From: an uncultured Chloroflexia bacterium
Lineage (GTDB): Bacteria > Chloroflexota > Dehalococcoidia > UBA2247 > RBG-13-53-26
Direction: 5' to 3'
Length of the DNA stretch: 64,000 bases
NCBI GenBank assembly: GCA_963720375.1
Contig: CAVRFM010000002.1
Location: forward strand, 66,008 to 130,007
The position numbers were made by a program, and so were the translations under genes. Positions 48,858 to 58,232 of the stretch are shown here, in pieces. The notes below the pieces were generated by a model. The model was given only the letters and a program-made list of their open reading frames with translations, ran no database searches and was not told where the DNA came from. How positions within the stretch are numbered: the stretch's first letter is position 1; each line of letters begins with the position of its first letter.

Positions 48858-49616
48858 ATGACTACCACTGTTGTCATTGCCGGCAAGGGGGGGACCGGTA
48901 AGACAACTATCTCCGCCCTTTTGATCCAGCTCCTTTCGCAGAAGGGAGCCGTGCTGGCTATTGATGCCGACCCTGCCACCAACCTCAACCAGGCCCTCGG
49001 TGTGCCCCTGGGGGACACGGTGGGCAGGATACGGGAGGAGATGACACTGGCAATAAAGCAGGGCACCATCAGCCCGGGGATATCCAAGCAGGATTACCTG
49101 GACTATAAGATCACGGCAGCGCTGGAGGAGTCGAAGGGTTTTGACCTCCTGGCCATGGGGCGTCCTGAAGGACCCGGATGCTACTGTGCCGCCAACAACA
49201 TGCTCCGCCTTTCTATCGATCGGGTAGGCCGCAATTACCGCTACGTTGTCATCGACAGCGAGGCCGGAATGGAGCACATCAGCCGTCAAACAACCAGGGA
49301 TATAGATATACTGCTCATTATCTCTGATCTTACCCAGAGAGGCATCAACACCGCTGCGGCCATGAAAGCACTGATAAAGGAGTTGCGGACCAGCGTGGGC
49401 AAGATTTGTCTGGTGGTCAATCGCTCTCCCAATGGACTGCCTCCTGAGATAAGAGATACAATCAATAAACAGGGTTTCGAACTGGTGGCTACCATATCCC
49501 AGGACCCGAATCTGGCTGATTTGGAGGTCAAGGGATTGCCTACCACAGAGCTACCCGCAGACTCCCCCCTTCGAATCGGGGTGAGGGAACTGGCGAAGAG
49601 CATCGGACTTCAGTAA
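48858..49616 (+). CDS. cooC: CODH nickel-insertion ATPase CooC/AcsF (MinD/ParA P-loop)
   Basis: VIAGKGGTGKTT deviant Walker A and a CxC (GCYCAANN) metal-binding motif. Confidence 0.85.
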   Translation: MTTTVVIAGKGGTGKTTISALLIQLLSQKGAVLAIDADPATNLNQALGVPLGDTVGRIREEMTLAIKQGTISPGISKQDYLDYKITAALEESKGFDLLAMGRPEGPGCYCAANNMLRLSIDRVGRNYRYVVIDSEAGMEHISRQTTRDIDILLIISDLTQRGINTAAAMKALIKELRTSVGKICLVVNRSPNGLPPEIRDTINKQGFELVATISQDPNLADLEVKGLPTTELPADSPLRIGVRELAKSIGLQ

Positions 49617-49624
49617 AGAAAAAA

Positions 49625-50032
49625 ATGAGTCTCAAAGAGAAGCGATTGCTCAGTCTGAAGGAAATCGACGGTCCTCAGACTCCCCATGATGCCTTTCTCA
49701 AACGAGCCATAGAGCTGAGAGTGGAGGCGTTAGGTTATGTCAACAATGCCTCCAAGCTGGCAGACTACCTCGGCGGTGAGATAGAGGCCCTGGGGCTGGG
49801 CGAAGACTGGGCCATAAAAAAAGAGATTTTCCCGGGGATTGAAATCCATTTTATATACAGAGGTGCTAATGAGGAATTCCCCGGCAGCCTCAGTGTCCTC
49901 TACGGCGGCCGAAAGATTAGAAAAAACAAGGGAGAGGACCTGGTTGAACTCGCTATTGCCTGCCTGAACCACATGCTGCGATACGTCAGGGAAACCACGG
50001 ATAATCCCTCCGAAATCTGCATGAGAGTATGA
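49625..50032 (+). CDS. hypothetical protein (WL-cluster associated)
   Basis: 135 aa. Its stop overlaps the next start (ATGA). No motif recognised. Confidence 0.45.
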   Translation: MSLKEKRLLSLKEIDGPQTPHDAFLKRAIELRVEALGYVNNASKLADYLGGEIEALGLGEDWAIKKEIFPGIEIHFIYRGANEEFPGSLSVLYGGRKIRKNKGEDLVELAIACLNHMLRYVRETTDNPSEICMRV

Positions 50033-50532
50033 AGGAAACAAGTTCCAGGAAGATCGCCGACCAGTTGAGGCAAATTCTCTCCGGACACCGGCCGGAAAGA
50101 GTTGAATTGATACCCATCTTGCAGGAAGTGGAGGAGAAGTTCGGCTATCTACCCCGGGAAGCCATGCTGGAGGTGGCCAATTTCACCAATATTCCCGCCA
50201 GCGCTGTCTACGGCGTAGCCACCTTCTATAATCGGTTTCGCTTCACTCCCCTGGGCAGACACCCTGTTAAAGCCTGTTTGGGAACTGCCTGTCACATGCA
50301 GGGAGGAGCCCTGGTTCTGGAAGCCCTGGAAAGAGAGTTGGAGATTAAGGTAGGCAATATCACCCATGATGGAGAGTTCAGCCTGGACAGGGTTGCCTGC
50401 ATTGGCTGCTGCGTTCTGGCTCCGGTGGTAGTCATAGGTGAGGATATCCACCCCAGAATGACGCCCTTCAAAGTAGAGGAGGTCATGGCCAATCTCAAGG
50501 AAACCGGGCATCAGGAGACAACTGATAAGTAA
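50029..50532 (+). CDS. NuoE/HndA-like [2Fe-2S] subunit, second copy
   Basis: CLGTACHMQG...CIGCCVLAPV. Paralog of 42622..43083. Confidence 0.8.
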   Translation: MKETSSRKIADQLRQILSGHRPERVELIPILQEVEEKFGYLPREAMLEVANFTNIPASAVYGVATFYNRFRFTPLGRHPVKACLGTACHMQGGALVLEALERELEIKVGNITHDGEFSLDRVACIGCCVLAPVVVIGEDIHPRMTPFKVEEVMANLKETGHQETTDK

Positions 50533-50556
50533 TCAGGGATCAGCCGTAGCTAATAA

Positions 50557-52434
50557 ATGACTTTCGACCAGATTCAGCATCAGGCCATCTCCGAATGGGA
50601 AGCGTTGCAGCAGAGGACCCGCATCCTTGTCGGCACCGCCACGTGCGGCAGAGCCGCCGGTTCTATTGACGTGGTGAGCGCCTTTGAAACAGAGATAAAA
50701 AGGCAAAATGCTGATGCCTCCGTTATCCGGGTGGGCTGCATGGGTCTTTGCTACGCGGAACCACTCGTCGTCATCATTAAGCCGGAAAACTTCAGCGTTT
50801 GCTACAACAACATATCCCCGGAAACTGCCCATCGCCTTGTGGAGGGCTATGTGCTGGGTGATGATCCCTGTCTTGAGCTCGCGCTCGGCACCTTCGAGGT
50901 TGCCAACGGGCAGGCCCCCTCCATTCCCGAGTTGTCCCGATATGAACACGAGCAGCGCCTGATACTGCGGCATTGCGGCTACATCGACCCCGAGAATATA
51001 AACCACTATATCGGCCGCGGCGGCTACAGCAGCCTGGCCAAGGCACTGGGAAAATCCCCTACGGAAATCATCGCCGAAATCAAGAGATCAGGGCTGAGGG
51101 GCCGGGGGGGAGCGGGGTTTCCCGCCGGCACGAAGTGGGAACTGTGTTTCAAGGCACAAGGGCAGCCGAAATATGTCATCTGCAATGCTGACGAGGGTGA
51201 TCCCGGTGCTTTCATAGACCGCGCCATTCTGGAGAGCGATCCCCACTCCGTAATCGAAGGCATGATTATCGCCGGATACTCAATGGGCACGCCTCACGGC
51301 TATGTCTACATCAGGGACGAATACCCGCTGGCAGTCAAGCGCCTGCGGCTGGCGCTGAAGCAGGCAGAGGCAGCGGGTATCCTGGGACACAACATCCTGG
51401 GCAGCAATTTCAGTTTCCGAATCGAAGTCGCAGAGGGAGCCGGTGCCTTCGTCTGCGGCGAAGCCAGTGCCCTGATGTACTCCATAGAAGGCAAACGGGG
51501 TATGCCCAGAGTGAGGCCGCCGCACTCGACCGAGTCAGGCCTGTGGCAAAAGCCAACACTGCTTAACAACGTGAAGACATTCGCCAGCGTGCCGCTCATA
51601 ATCGACCGCGGAGGAGACTGGTTTGCCGGCATCGGGACCGAAGGAAGCAAAGGCACAGCGGTGTTCGCACTGGCAGGCAAGGCAGCTCACACCGGACTGG
51701 TGGAGGTCCCCATGGGTACGACACTGCGCCAGGTTATCTTCGGGGTCGGGGGCGGGATGCAGGGCAACAGAAAGTTCAAAGCTGTGCAGATCGGCGGACC
51801 CTCGGGGGGCTGCCTCCCCGGAAGCTTATTGGACACGCCGGTTGACTTCGACTCGCTCACTGAGGCCGGCTCTCTGATGGGGTCCGGCGGCATGATAGTG
51901 CTGGACGAAGACAACTGCATGGTGGACGCCGCCCATTACTTCGTTGACTTCATCCAAAAGGAGTCGTGCGGCAAGTGCACCATGTGCCGGCTGGGTACAA
52001 AGCAGATGCTGGACATACTGGCTGACATCACCACGGGCAAAGGAGAGATAGAGTCTCTCGACCTGCTCACTGATCTGGCTCAAGACGTCAGAGCAGGCTC
52101 ACTCTGCGGCCTGGGCAGGTCAGCACCGAATCCCGTTCTGACTACCCTTCGTTACTTCCGGGATGAATACGAAGCGCATATCACAGAGAAGCGTTGCCCG
52201 GCGCTGGTTTGCAAGGAGCTGATTGCCTACTATATACTCCCCGACAAGTGCCATAAGGGGTGCGAACACTGCGTGCTCTCCTGCCCCGTCGAGGCAATAA
52301 GCAGCGACGAGGCAAGAGGCATAAAGGTCATCGACCAGAAAAAATGCACCAAGTGCGGGAGTTGCATCACCATCTGTCCCACCGAGTACAATGCGGTGAT
52401 AAAGCTCTCGCCTCCCGATACCGTGCCGAAATAG
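50557..52434 (+). CDS. NuoF/HndC-like flavoprotein, second copy
   Basis: GRGGAGFPAGTKWE, ESCGKCTMCRLG and C-terminal 2x[4Fe-4S] motifs. Paralog of 43094..45016. Confidence 0.85.
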   Translation: MTFDQIQHQAISEWEALQQRTRILVGTATCGRAAGSIDVVSAFETEIKRQNADASVIRVGCMGLCYAEPLVVIIKPENFSVCYNNISPETAHRLVEGYVLGDDPCLELALGTFEVANGQAPSIPELSRYEHEQRLILRHCGYIDPENINHYIGRGGYSSLAKALGKSPTEIIAEIKRSGLRGRGGAGFPAGTKWELCFKAQGQPKYVICNADEGDPGAFIDRAILESDPHSVIEGMIIAGYSMGTPHGYVYIRDEYPLAVKRLRLALKQAEAAGILGHNILGSNFSFRIEVAEGAGAFVCGEASALMYSIEGKRGMPRVRPPHSTESGLWQKPTLLNNVKTFASVPLIIDRGGDWFAGIGTEGSKGTAVFALAGKAAHTGLVEVPMGTTLRQVIFGVGGGMQGNRKFKAVQIGGPSGGCLPGSLLDTPVDFDSLTEAGSLMGSGGMIVLDEDNCMVDAAHYFVDFIQKESCGKCTMCRLGTKQMLDILADITTGKGEIESLDLLTDLAQDVRAGSLCGLGRSAPNPVLTTLRYFRDEYEAHITEKRCPALVCKELIAYYILPDKCHKGCEHCVLSCPVEAISSDEARGIKVIDQKKCTKCGSCITICPTEYNAVIKLSPPDTVPK

Positions 52435-52450
52435 ACTTGATGGAGAAACT

Positions 52451-53899
52451 ATGACTCAAAAGAAAACGCACAATTCACTCGATGCAGTATTCACCCCGGC
52501 TTCAGTTGCCGTCGCCGGCGCCTCTCCCGGTAAGCAGGGGCAGTTGTTTCTCGACAGCGTGCTCGCCTCCGGTTTCAAGGGCAAAGTCTATGCCATAAAC
52601 TCCAAGGGCGAGGAAATCTCGGGTTTGAAAGCATACACCAGCCTCAAAAACATACCCGGGCCTGTTGACTACCTCATCTGCTGCATACCGGCTCCTGCAG
52701 TACCTCAACTGATCAGAGACTGTGCAGACAAAGGAGTAAAGGCGGTCGCGGTATTCACGGCCGGCTTCTCAGAAAGCGGGACCGAAGAGGGTAAGCGACT
52801 GGAAATGGAGGTATCCCGCCTGGCACGGGCCACTGGAGTGCGGGTTATAGGTCCCAACTGCCTGGGAGTATATTCGCCAAAGGTAGGCTTCTCGTACACC
52901 TCCGACTTCCCCAGCGAAAGTGGGAACGTGGCCTTCGTTTGCCAGAGCGGCGGCAATTCGGTCTATACAACCCGCGCGGCTATCTATAGAGGCGTTCGCT
53001 TCAGCAAGGTCATCTCCTACGGGAACGCGTGTGACGTCAACGAATGCGAGTTGCTGGAATACCTTATTCAGGATGACGAAACCAAGGTCGTGGCCGTATA
53101 CATTGAGGGAACAAAAGACGGCCCGCGTTTCTATCGAGCCCTGGCGGAGCTCGCCAGAACAAAGCCGGTGGTAGTTCTCAAGGGGGGATATACCCAGCCC
53201 GGGGCAAAAACGGCTGCTTCGCACACCGGGTCCCTCGCCGGCTCCGATCAGGTATGGAATGAGCTTCTACAGCAGGCCGGAGCCGTCCGCGTCTACAGCC
53301 TGGAGGAACTGGTTGATATGCTGGTCACCTTCTCCCTTCTTCGAGTGCCGCAGGGAAGGAGGGTAGGTATATTCGGAGGTGGAGGCGGAGCCGCTGTCCT
53401 GGCAACCGATGACTGGGCCAAACACGGTTTTGTCCTGCCGCCGCTGCCTCAGGTAGTAAAGGAGGAGCTCAGAAGCTCTGTTCCTAACGAAGCCGGGTTG
53501 ATCCTGCATAACCCCATTGACCTTTCTTCTTTTGCCTACAGCGAACGTTTCTATAATCTCATCAAGAGGTTGCTGGTCTATGAAGGATTCGCTGATATAT
53601 CAATCATTCACATCGGTTTCGGACAGGCCGCCTGGTTCTCCACTTCTGTCTTCGATGCTGAGATCAATTTCTTCAGGGATGCAGTTATAAAACTATACAG
53701 CGAGGTAGACCAGCCTCTGGCACTGGTGATGCATTATCTCATCACCGGTTGGGACTGGCAGAAGGGGATAGAGGACTTGCAGCGGGGTTGCGCCGCGGCA
53801 GGCATACCCGTCTATCATTCCATGGCAAGCGCAGCCAAAGCCATCGACCGGTTGCTGCAATATAATGAAAAACGAGCGGCTGCAGGAGATGGTAAGTAG
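52451..53899 (+). CDS. acetyl-CoA synthetase (ADP-forming) alpha-subunit-like CoA-binding protein, paralog 1
   Basis: CoA-binding domain (SVAVAGASPGK), a succinyl-CoA-synthetase-like flavodoxin domain, and the phospho-His loop AASHTGSLAGS. Confidence 0.75.
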   Translation: MTQKKTHNSLDAVFTPASVAVAGASPGKQGQLFLDSVLASGFKGKVYAINSKGEEISGLKAYTSLKNIPGPVDYLICCIPAPAVPQLIRDCADKGVKAVAVFTAGFSESGTEEGKRLEMEVSRLARATGVRVIGPNCLGVYSPKVGFSYTSDFPSESGNVAFVCQSGGNSVYTTRAAIYRGVRFSKVISYGNACDVNECELLEYLIQDDETKVVAVYIEGTKDGPRFYRALAELARTKPVVVLKGGYTQPGAKTAASHTGSLAGSDQVWNELLQQAGAVRVYSLEELVDMLVTFSLLRVPQGRRVGIFGGGGGAAVLATDDWAKHGFVLPPLPQVVKEELRSSVPNEAGLILHNPIDLSSFAYSERFYNLIKRLLVYEGFADISIIHIGFGQAAWFSTSVFDAEINFFRDAVIKLYSEVDQPLALVMHYLITGWDWQKGIEDLQRGCAAAGIPVYHSMASAAKAIDRLLQYNEKRAAAGDGK

Positions 53900-53971
53900 A
53901 AAGGACTGTTATCAGGTTAGTCTCATTGTCTGTTGTCTGACCCCAATTTATTTTTAAGGTGGTGAATCAAG

Positions 53972-55405
53972 ATGAAGTCTCTGGATTCTGTTTTCTATCC
54001 GACGTCCATCGCCATTGCCGGGGCCTCTCCGGGCAAATCAGGGCAGTGGTTTCTCGACAGCATACGTACCTCCGGCTTTAAAGGCAGCATGTATGCCATC
54101 AATCCCAAAGGCGTCGAAGTATCCGGCTTGCCCGCTTACACGAACATCAAAGACATCCCGGGCCCTGTTGACTACGTTATCTGCTGCATACCGGCCCCCG
54201 CAGTGCCGCAACTGGTAAAGGACTGCGCTGCGAAGGGCGTGAAAACGATAGCCATCTACACTTCCGGATTCTCGGAGATCGGGACTGAAGAGGGCAGGCA
54301 GCTGGAGAAGGAGATCGTGCGTCTGGCTCGAGCCGCAGGAATACGCCTCATCGGTCCCAACTGTTTGGGGGTCTATTCTCCCAAAGTCGGGCTGACCTTC
54401 GCATCGGACTTCCCCAGGCGCGTGGGGAAGGTGGCGCTGATGGGACAGAGCGGCGGCAACACCTCCTATCTGCTCCGGGCCTCCAGCCAGAGGGGCGTCC
54501 GGTTCAGCAAGGCGGTGTCATACGGGAATGCCTGCGATGTCACCGAGACAGACCTGCTGGAATACTTTGCTCAGGATCCCGAGACGGAGATTGTGGCCGC
54601 CTACATCGAAGGTGTCAAGGATGGAGAGCGCTTCCACAAAGTCCTGAGCGAGATGTCCGCAGTCAAGCCGGTTCTCATCCTCAAAGGCGGGTACACCAAA
54701 GCCGGCGGAGAAATAGCTGCTTCACATACCGGCTCCCTGGCCGGCTCTGCCGAGGTCTGGGAGAGCCTGATGCGCCAGACCGGGGCCATCAGCGTCTGTA
54801 GTCTGGAAGAAATGGTGGACCTGCTGGTGACTTTCACACTGCTGCCCCTCCCTAAAGGCTGGAAGGCCGGCGTGTTCGGAGCCGGCGGGGGCGCCAGCGT
54901 CCTGGCCACCGACGAGTTGACCAGCGCCGGCTTCACCGTGCCCAGGCTGCCGCCGGAACTGGTCAAGGAACTGATGGGCCGTTTCGGCAACACCGCAGGG
55001 ATGATCTTCAAGAACCCCATCGACCTCTCCATGGTGGGTTACAGCGAGGGCTTCCACGACGCAATCAAGAGACTTATGACCTATAAGAAGGGCGAGTGGT
55101 TCGATTTCAGTCTGATTCACGCCGGTTTCGGCCAGGCGGCGTGGTTCACATCATCTGCATTCGATACCGAAACCGATCAATTCCGCGACTTTGTCACCCG
55201 GATCTACAAGGAAACGGACAAGCCCATGGCTCTGGTGCTGCAATTCCTGATCACCAACTGGGACTGGCAGAAGGCCCTGGACTTGCAGCGGGGCTGCAGC
55301 GACTCGGGGATGCCTGTCTATCATTCCATGGGAAGCGCCGCCAGGGCGATCAACCGGTTCCTCAGCTACCACGAGGGCAAGCAGACATCAACGAGATGCG
55401 CTTGA
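53972..55405 (+). CDS. acetyl-CoA synthetase (ADP-forming) alpha-subunit-like CoA-binding protein, paralog 2
   Basis: SIAIAGASPGK and AASHTGSLAGS. Roughly 60% identical to paralog 1 by eye. Confidence 0.75.
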   Translation: MKSLDSVFYPTSIAIAGASPGKSGQWFLDSIRTSGFKGSMYAINPKGVEVSGLPAYTNIKDIPGPVDYVICCIPAPAVPQLVKDCAAKGVKTIAIYTSGFSEIGTEEGRQLEKEIVRLARAAGIRLIGPNCLGVYSPKVGLTFASDFPRRVGKVALMGQSGGNTSYLLRASSQRGVRFSKAVSYGNACDVTETDLLEYFAQDPETEIVAAYIEGVKDGERFHKVLSEMSAVKPVLILKGGYTKAGGEIAASHTGSLAGSAEVWESLMRQTGAISVCSLEEMVDLLVTFTLLPLPKGWKAGVFGAGGGASVLATDELTSAGFTVPRLPPELVKELMGRFGNTAGMIFKNPIDLSMVGYSEGFHDAIKRLMTYKKGEWFDFSLIHAGFGQAAWFTSSAFDTETDQFRDFVTRIYKETDKPMALVLQFLITNWDWQKALDLQRGCSDSGMPVYHSMGSAARAINRFLSYHEGKQTSTRCA

Positions 55406-55481
55406 GGATGGTTTTTACGAATGCCTGACTCCTCCTGCATACAATGCGGGCCGGCAACTCAGCACAGTCGAGGTTTGAACA

Positions 55482-56921
55482 ATGAACAAGAATGAGGCAC
55501 TGGACCTGGTCTTCAATCTTCAGTCTGTAGCCATTATCGGCGTGGCCGGGGGCGATTCCGGGTTCAACACAGGGCGGTTGTTCTTAAACCACATCCTCGA
55601 GTACGGGTTCAAAGGCAAGATCTATGTGGTCAACGCTAAGGGTGGCGAGGTCCTGGGATTGAAGCTCTATCCTCATCTGAAGGATATCCCGGAACCGGTG
55701 GACTATGTCATCTCCTGCATACCGGCCCCATTCGTACCCCAGTTGATCAAAGACTCGGCTGAAAAAGGTGTAAAGGTGATTTGCCTCTTTACCTCCGGGT
55801 TCTCTGAATTCGGAACACAAAAGGGCAGGGAACTGGAGAAGGAGGTCCAGCAGCTGGCCCGGGCAACAGGGGTGCGCATTATCGGCCCCAACTGTCTGGG
55901 GATATATTCTCCCGGGGCACGCTTCTCCTTTGCCCCTGATCTCCCCCACGAGACCGGGCCGGTGTCCTTCATCTGCCAGAGCGGCGGCAATACGCTCTAC
56001 CTGGTGCGGGCTGCTGCGGCCAGAGGCATCCGGTTCAACAAGGTCATCTCTTATGGAAATGCCTGCGACATCGACGAATCGGACCTGCTGGAATACCTCA
56101 GCCAGGATAAGGAAACGGAGATAGTGGCCGCCTATATCGAGGGGGTGAAAGACGGCCGGCGCTTCTACCGCACCCTCCGGAGACTGTCAGCCAGGAAGCC
56201 GGTGGTGGTCTTGAAAGGAGGGCGTACACGGGCTGGCGCAGTGGTGGCAGCTTCCCATACCGCTTCTCTGGCCGCATCACATGAAATATGGACCAGGGCG
56301 GTGCAGCAGGCAGGAGCGATTCCTGTCGACACCCTGGATGAGATGGCCGACATGTTAGTTACCCTCTCTTACATGCCGCCGCTTCAGGGCAAGAAGCTCG
56401 CCATGATCGGCGTAGGCGGCGGGGCCGGTGTCCTGGCCACCGACGATTGGGACGAGGCCGGTTTCATCCTTCCCAGCCTGCCCGAGCAGATCAGACAGGC
56501 GTTCCGGGTTGCTCTGGGCAATGATGCCGGGACAATCCTGAGCAACCCTGTGGACATCCCCCATCTTGGCTTCGGTCATGAAGCCTTCCATAATGCTATC
56601 GGCAAACTGCATAATTTCGGAGGAATTGACCTGCTGGTCTTTCATCTACCCGTCAGAGGTATTATGCTGTCCATCGCCGTTGCTCCCATTTTACTCGACC
56701 GTGAAACCGAGATCATCCTCAAGATGCACCATGAGTCAGGCAAGCCAATAGCAGTAGTGGTGCATTACATGGCTACAGGAGAGGGCTGGCACTTCGCCGC
56801 AAAGTATGTTCAGGAATTCTACGAGGATGGCTTGCCTGTCTATTATTCGATAGCCAGCGCGGCCAGGGCCATCGACCGGTTCATCCGCTATCACAAAAAC
56901 AGAGAAGAAGCCAAAACCTAG
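55482..56921 (+). CDS. acetyl-CoA synthetase (ADP-forming) alpha-subunit-like CoA-binding protein, paralog 3 (divergent His loop)
   Basis: Same architecture. The His loop is AASHTASLAAS, with Gly-to-Ala changes. Confidence 0.7.
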   Translation: MNKNEALDLVFNLQSVAIIGVAGGDSGFNTGRLFLNHILEYGFKGKIYVVNAKGGEVLGLKLYPHLKDIPEPVDYVISCIPAPFVPQLIKDSAEKGVKVICLFTSGFSEFGTQKGRELEKEVQQLARATGVRIIGPNCLGIYSPGARFSFAPDLPHETGPVSFICQSGGNTLYLVRAAAARGIRFNKVISYGNACDIDESDLLEYLSQDKETEIVAAYIEGVKDGRRFYRTLRRLSARKPVVVLKGGRTRAGAVVAASHTASLAASHEIWTRAVQQAGAIPVDTLDEMADMLVTLSYMPPLQGKKLAMIGVGGGAGVLATDDWDEAGFILPSLPEQIRQAFRVALGNDAGTILSNPVDIPHLGFGHEAFHNAIGKLHNFGGIDLLVFHLPVRGIMLSIAVAPILLDRETEIILKMHHESGKPIAVVVHYMATGEGWHFAAKYVQEFYEDGLPVYYSIASAARAIDRFIRYHKNREEAKT

Positions 56922-57129
56922 TGCTTAGTTACAAAAACAGGCGCTATTTGCTCTGTGGAAGGAGACCCTTCGGCTTCGCTCAGGGTGACAAACCGCCTAA
57001 ATGCCATGGGCTGGAATGGGCCGATCCAAAAAGACTTCCTTTTGGGACTTTAGAAAAGGGATCGCCAGATTAGCCGCTGAAGGCAGTCGGGTGGAGGGTC
57101 TTGTTAGGTGGCAATCAATGCCCCAGAGA

Positions 57130-57771
57130 CTAATCCTCCGGGCCGTACAGGGCGCCTCGGGCCGTGCGTACACTACATATGTGATCCATTTTGACCCACA
57201 GGTTTGTTCGGAGCAACGATTTGGAGGGGTCGGGGATGAGTTCCAGGTAATCATTCAGGCTACCTCGAACCGCGGCATGGAATCGCTTCACGTCGATGAT
57301 GTACCCCCGGCCGTCCGCGACCTTCTGTAGCAGGGCTGGCTGATTTCGTCGGATTAACCACATTTCTTTGGCCTCGGCCTGATGCAACAGGCCGCATCGA
57401 ATGTCGGTGTAAAACGACTTCCGTGCCTTCCCATCGAAATCAGGCTGAAATCGCTTGCCTTCAAGGAATCGCTTCACCATCTGTTCGGATTGACCACGGC
57501 CGTCTGTGACGCCGTCATTGAATTGCTGAATGGCTTCGACAAGTAAGCTATCGATGGCGAGAACCACGAACCCCGAATGCTCATGCCTCAAGCAGTTGCT
57601 GGCAAACCGGAGGAATCGACCCTCCAACCGATCCCGGACGATGTCAGCCGCTGCCTGCCAGTGGTCCGTGTTATCCGGTTCAAGGGCGTACCAACTAACT
57701 GAGGTGTACCTAGGAGAGATTCGCAGCGCGTCAATCATACCCCCAACTTCCTTCGGAATACCGACCGGCAT
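57130..57771 (-). CDS. hypothetical protein
   Basis: 213 aa with coding-like composition. Contains IRCGLLHQAEAKEM (Rx4H). No family recognised. Confidence 0.45.
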   Translation of the reverse strand: MPVGIPKEVGGMIDALRISPRYTSVSWYALEPDNTDHWQAAADIVRDRLEGRFLRFASNCLRHEHSGFVVLAIDSLLVEAIQQFNDGVTDGRGQSEQMVKRFLEGKRFQPDFDGKARKSFYTDIRCGLLHQAEAKEMWLIRRNQPALLQKVADGRGYIIDVKRFHAAVRGSLNDYLELIPDPSKSLLRTNLWVKMDHICSVRTARGALYGPED

Positions 57772-58232
57772 CTAGCTGTTCTAAGTCAGAGCTCTGAGGT
57801 ATATCTTGCTTCGCACCCAGCGGACGAATTCTTCGCGTGAGTAGGTCCGCTCGACACGTTTGGCGATCCGTATGGCTATATCCTTTACTTCGTCTCCAGA
57901 AGCACGAAGCTCATAGCCTGTTCGCTGACCTTAACTACTATGGCTACACTCATACTCGTCTCCGTTGCTGTATTTGGACTCAACAGTAGCTGTGCATTAT
58001 ACCAACATTATGGGCAAAAGGTAAGTCTGAATTGGATATGTGCCACTCCATGAGTTCGGCTCGTTCCGCGTACACGTCGCTAACATGTATTGAATTCAAC
58101 GCGGCAACTCACCTATGGCTATACGACCTCGAAAAGAATACCACACCGTCTAGTACTCATTGGGCTCAATAGCGCCCTTCAGACGCGGGGCTTAGGCGAG
58201 TGGAGGCTGTGGAATACCTGTGTAGTTGACCT

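Noticed and set aside
47973-49289. 438-aa minus-strand ORF
   Set aside because: Antisense to acsC and cooC.
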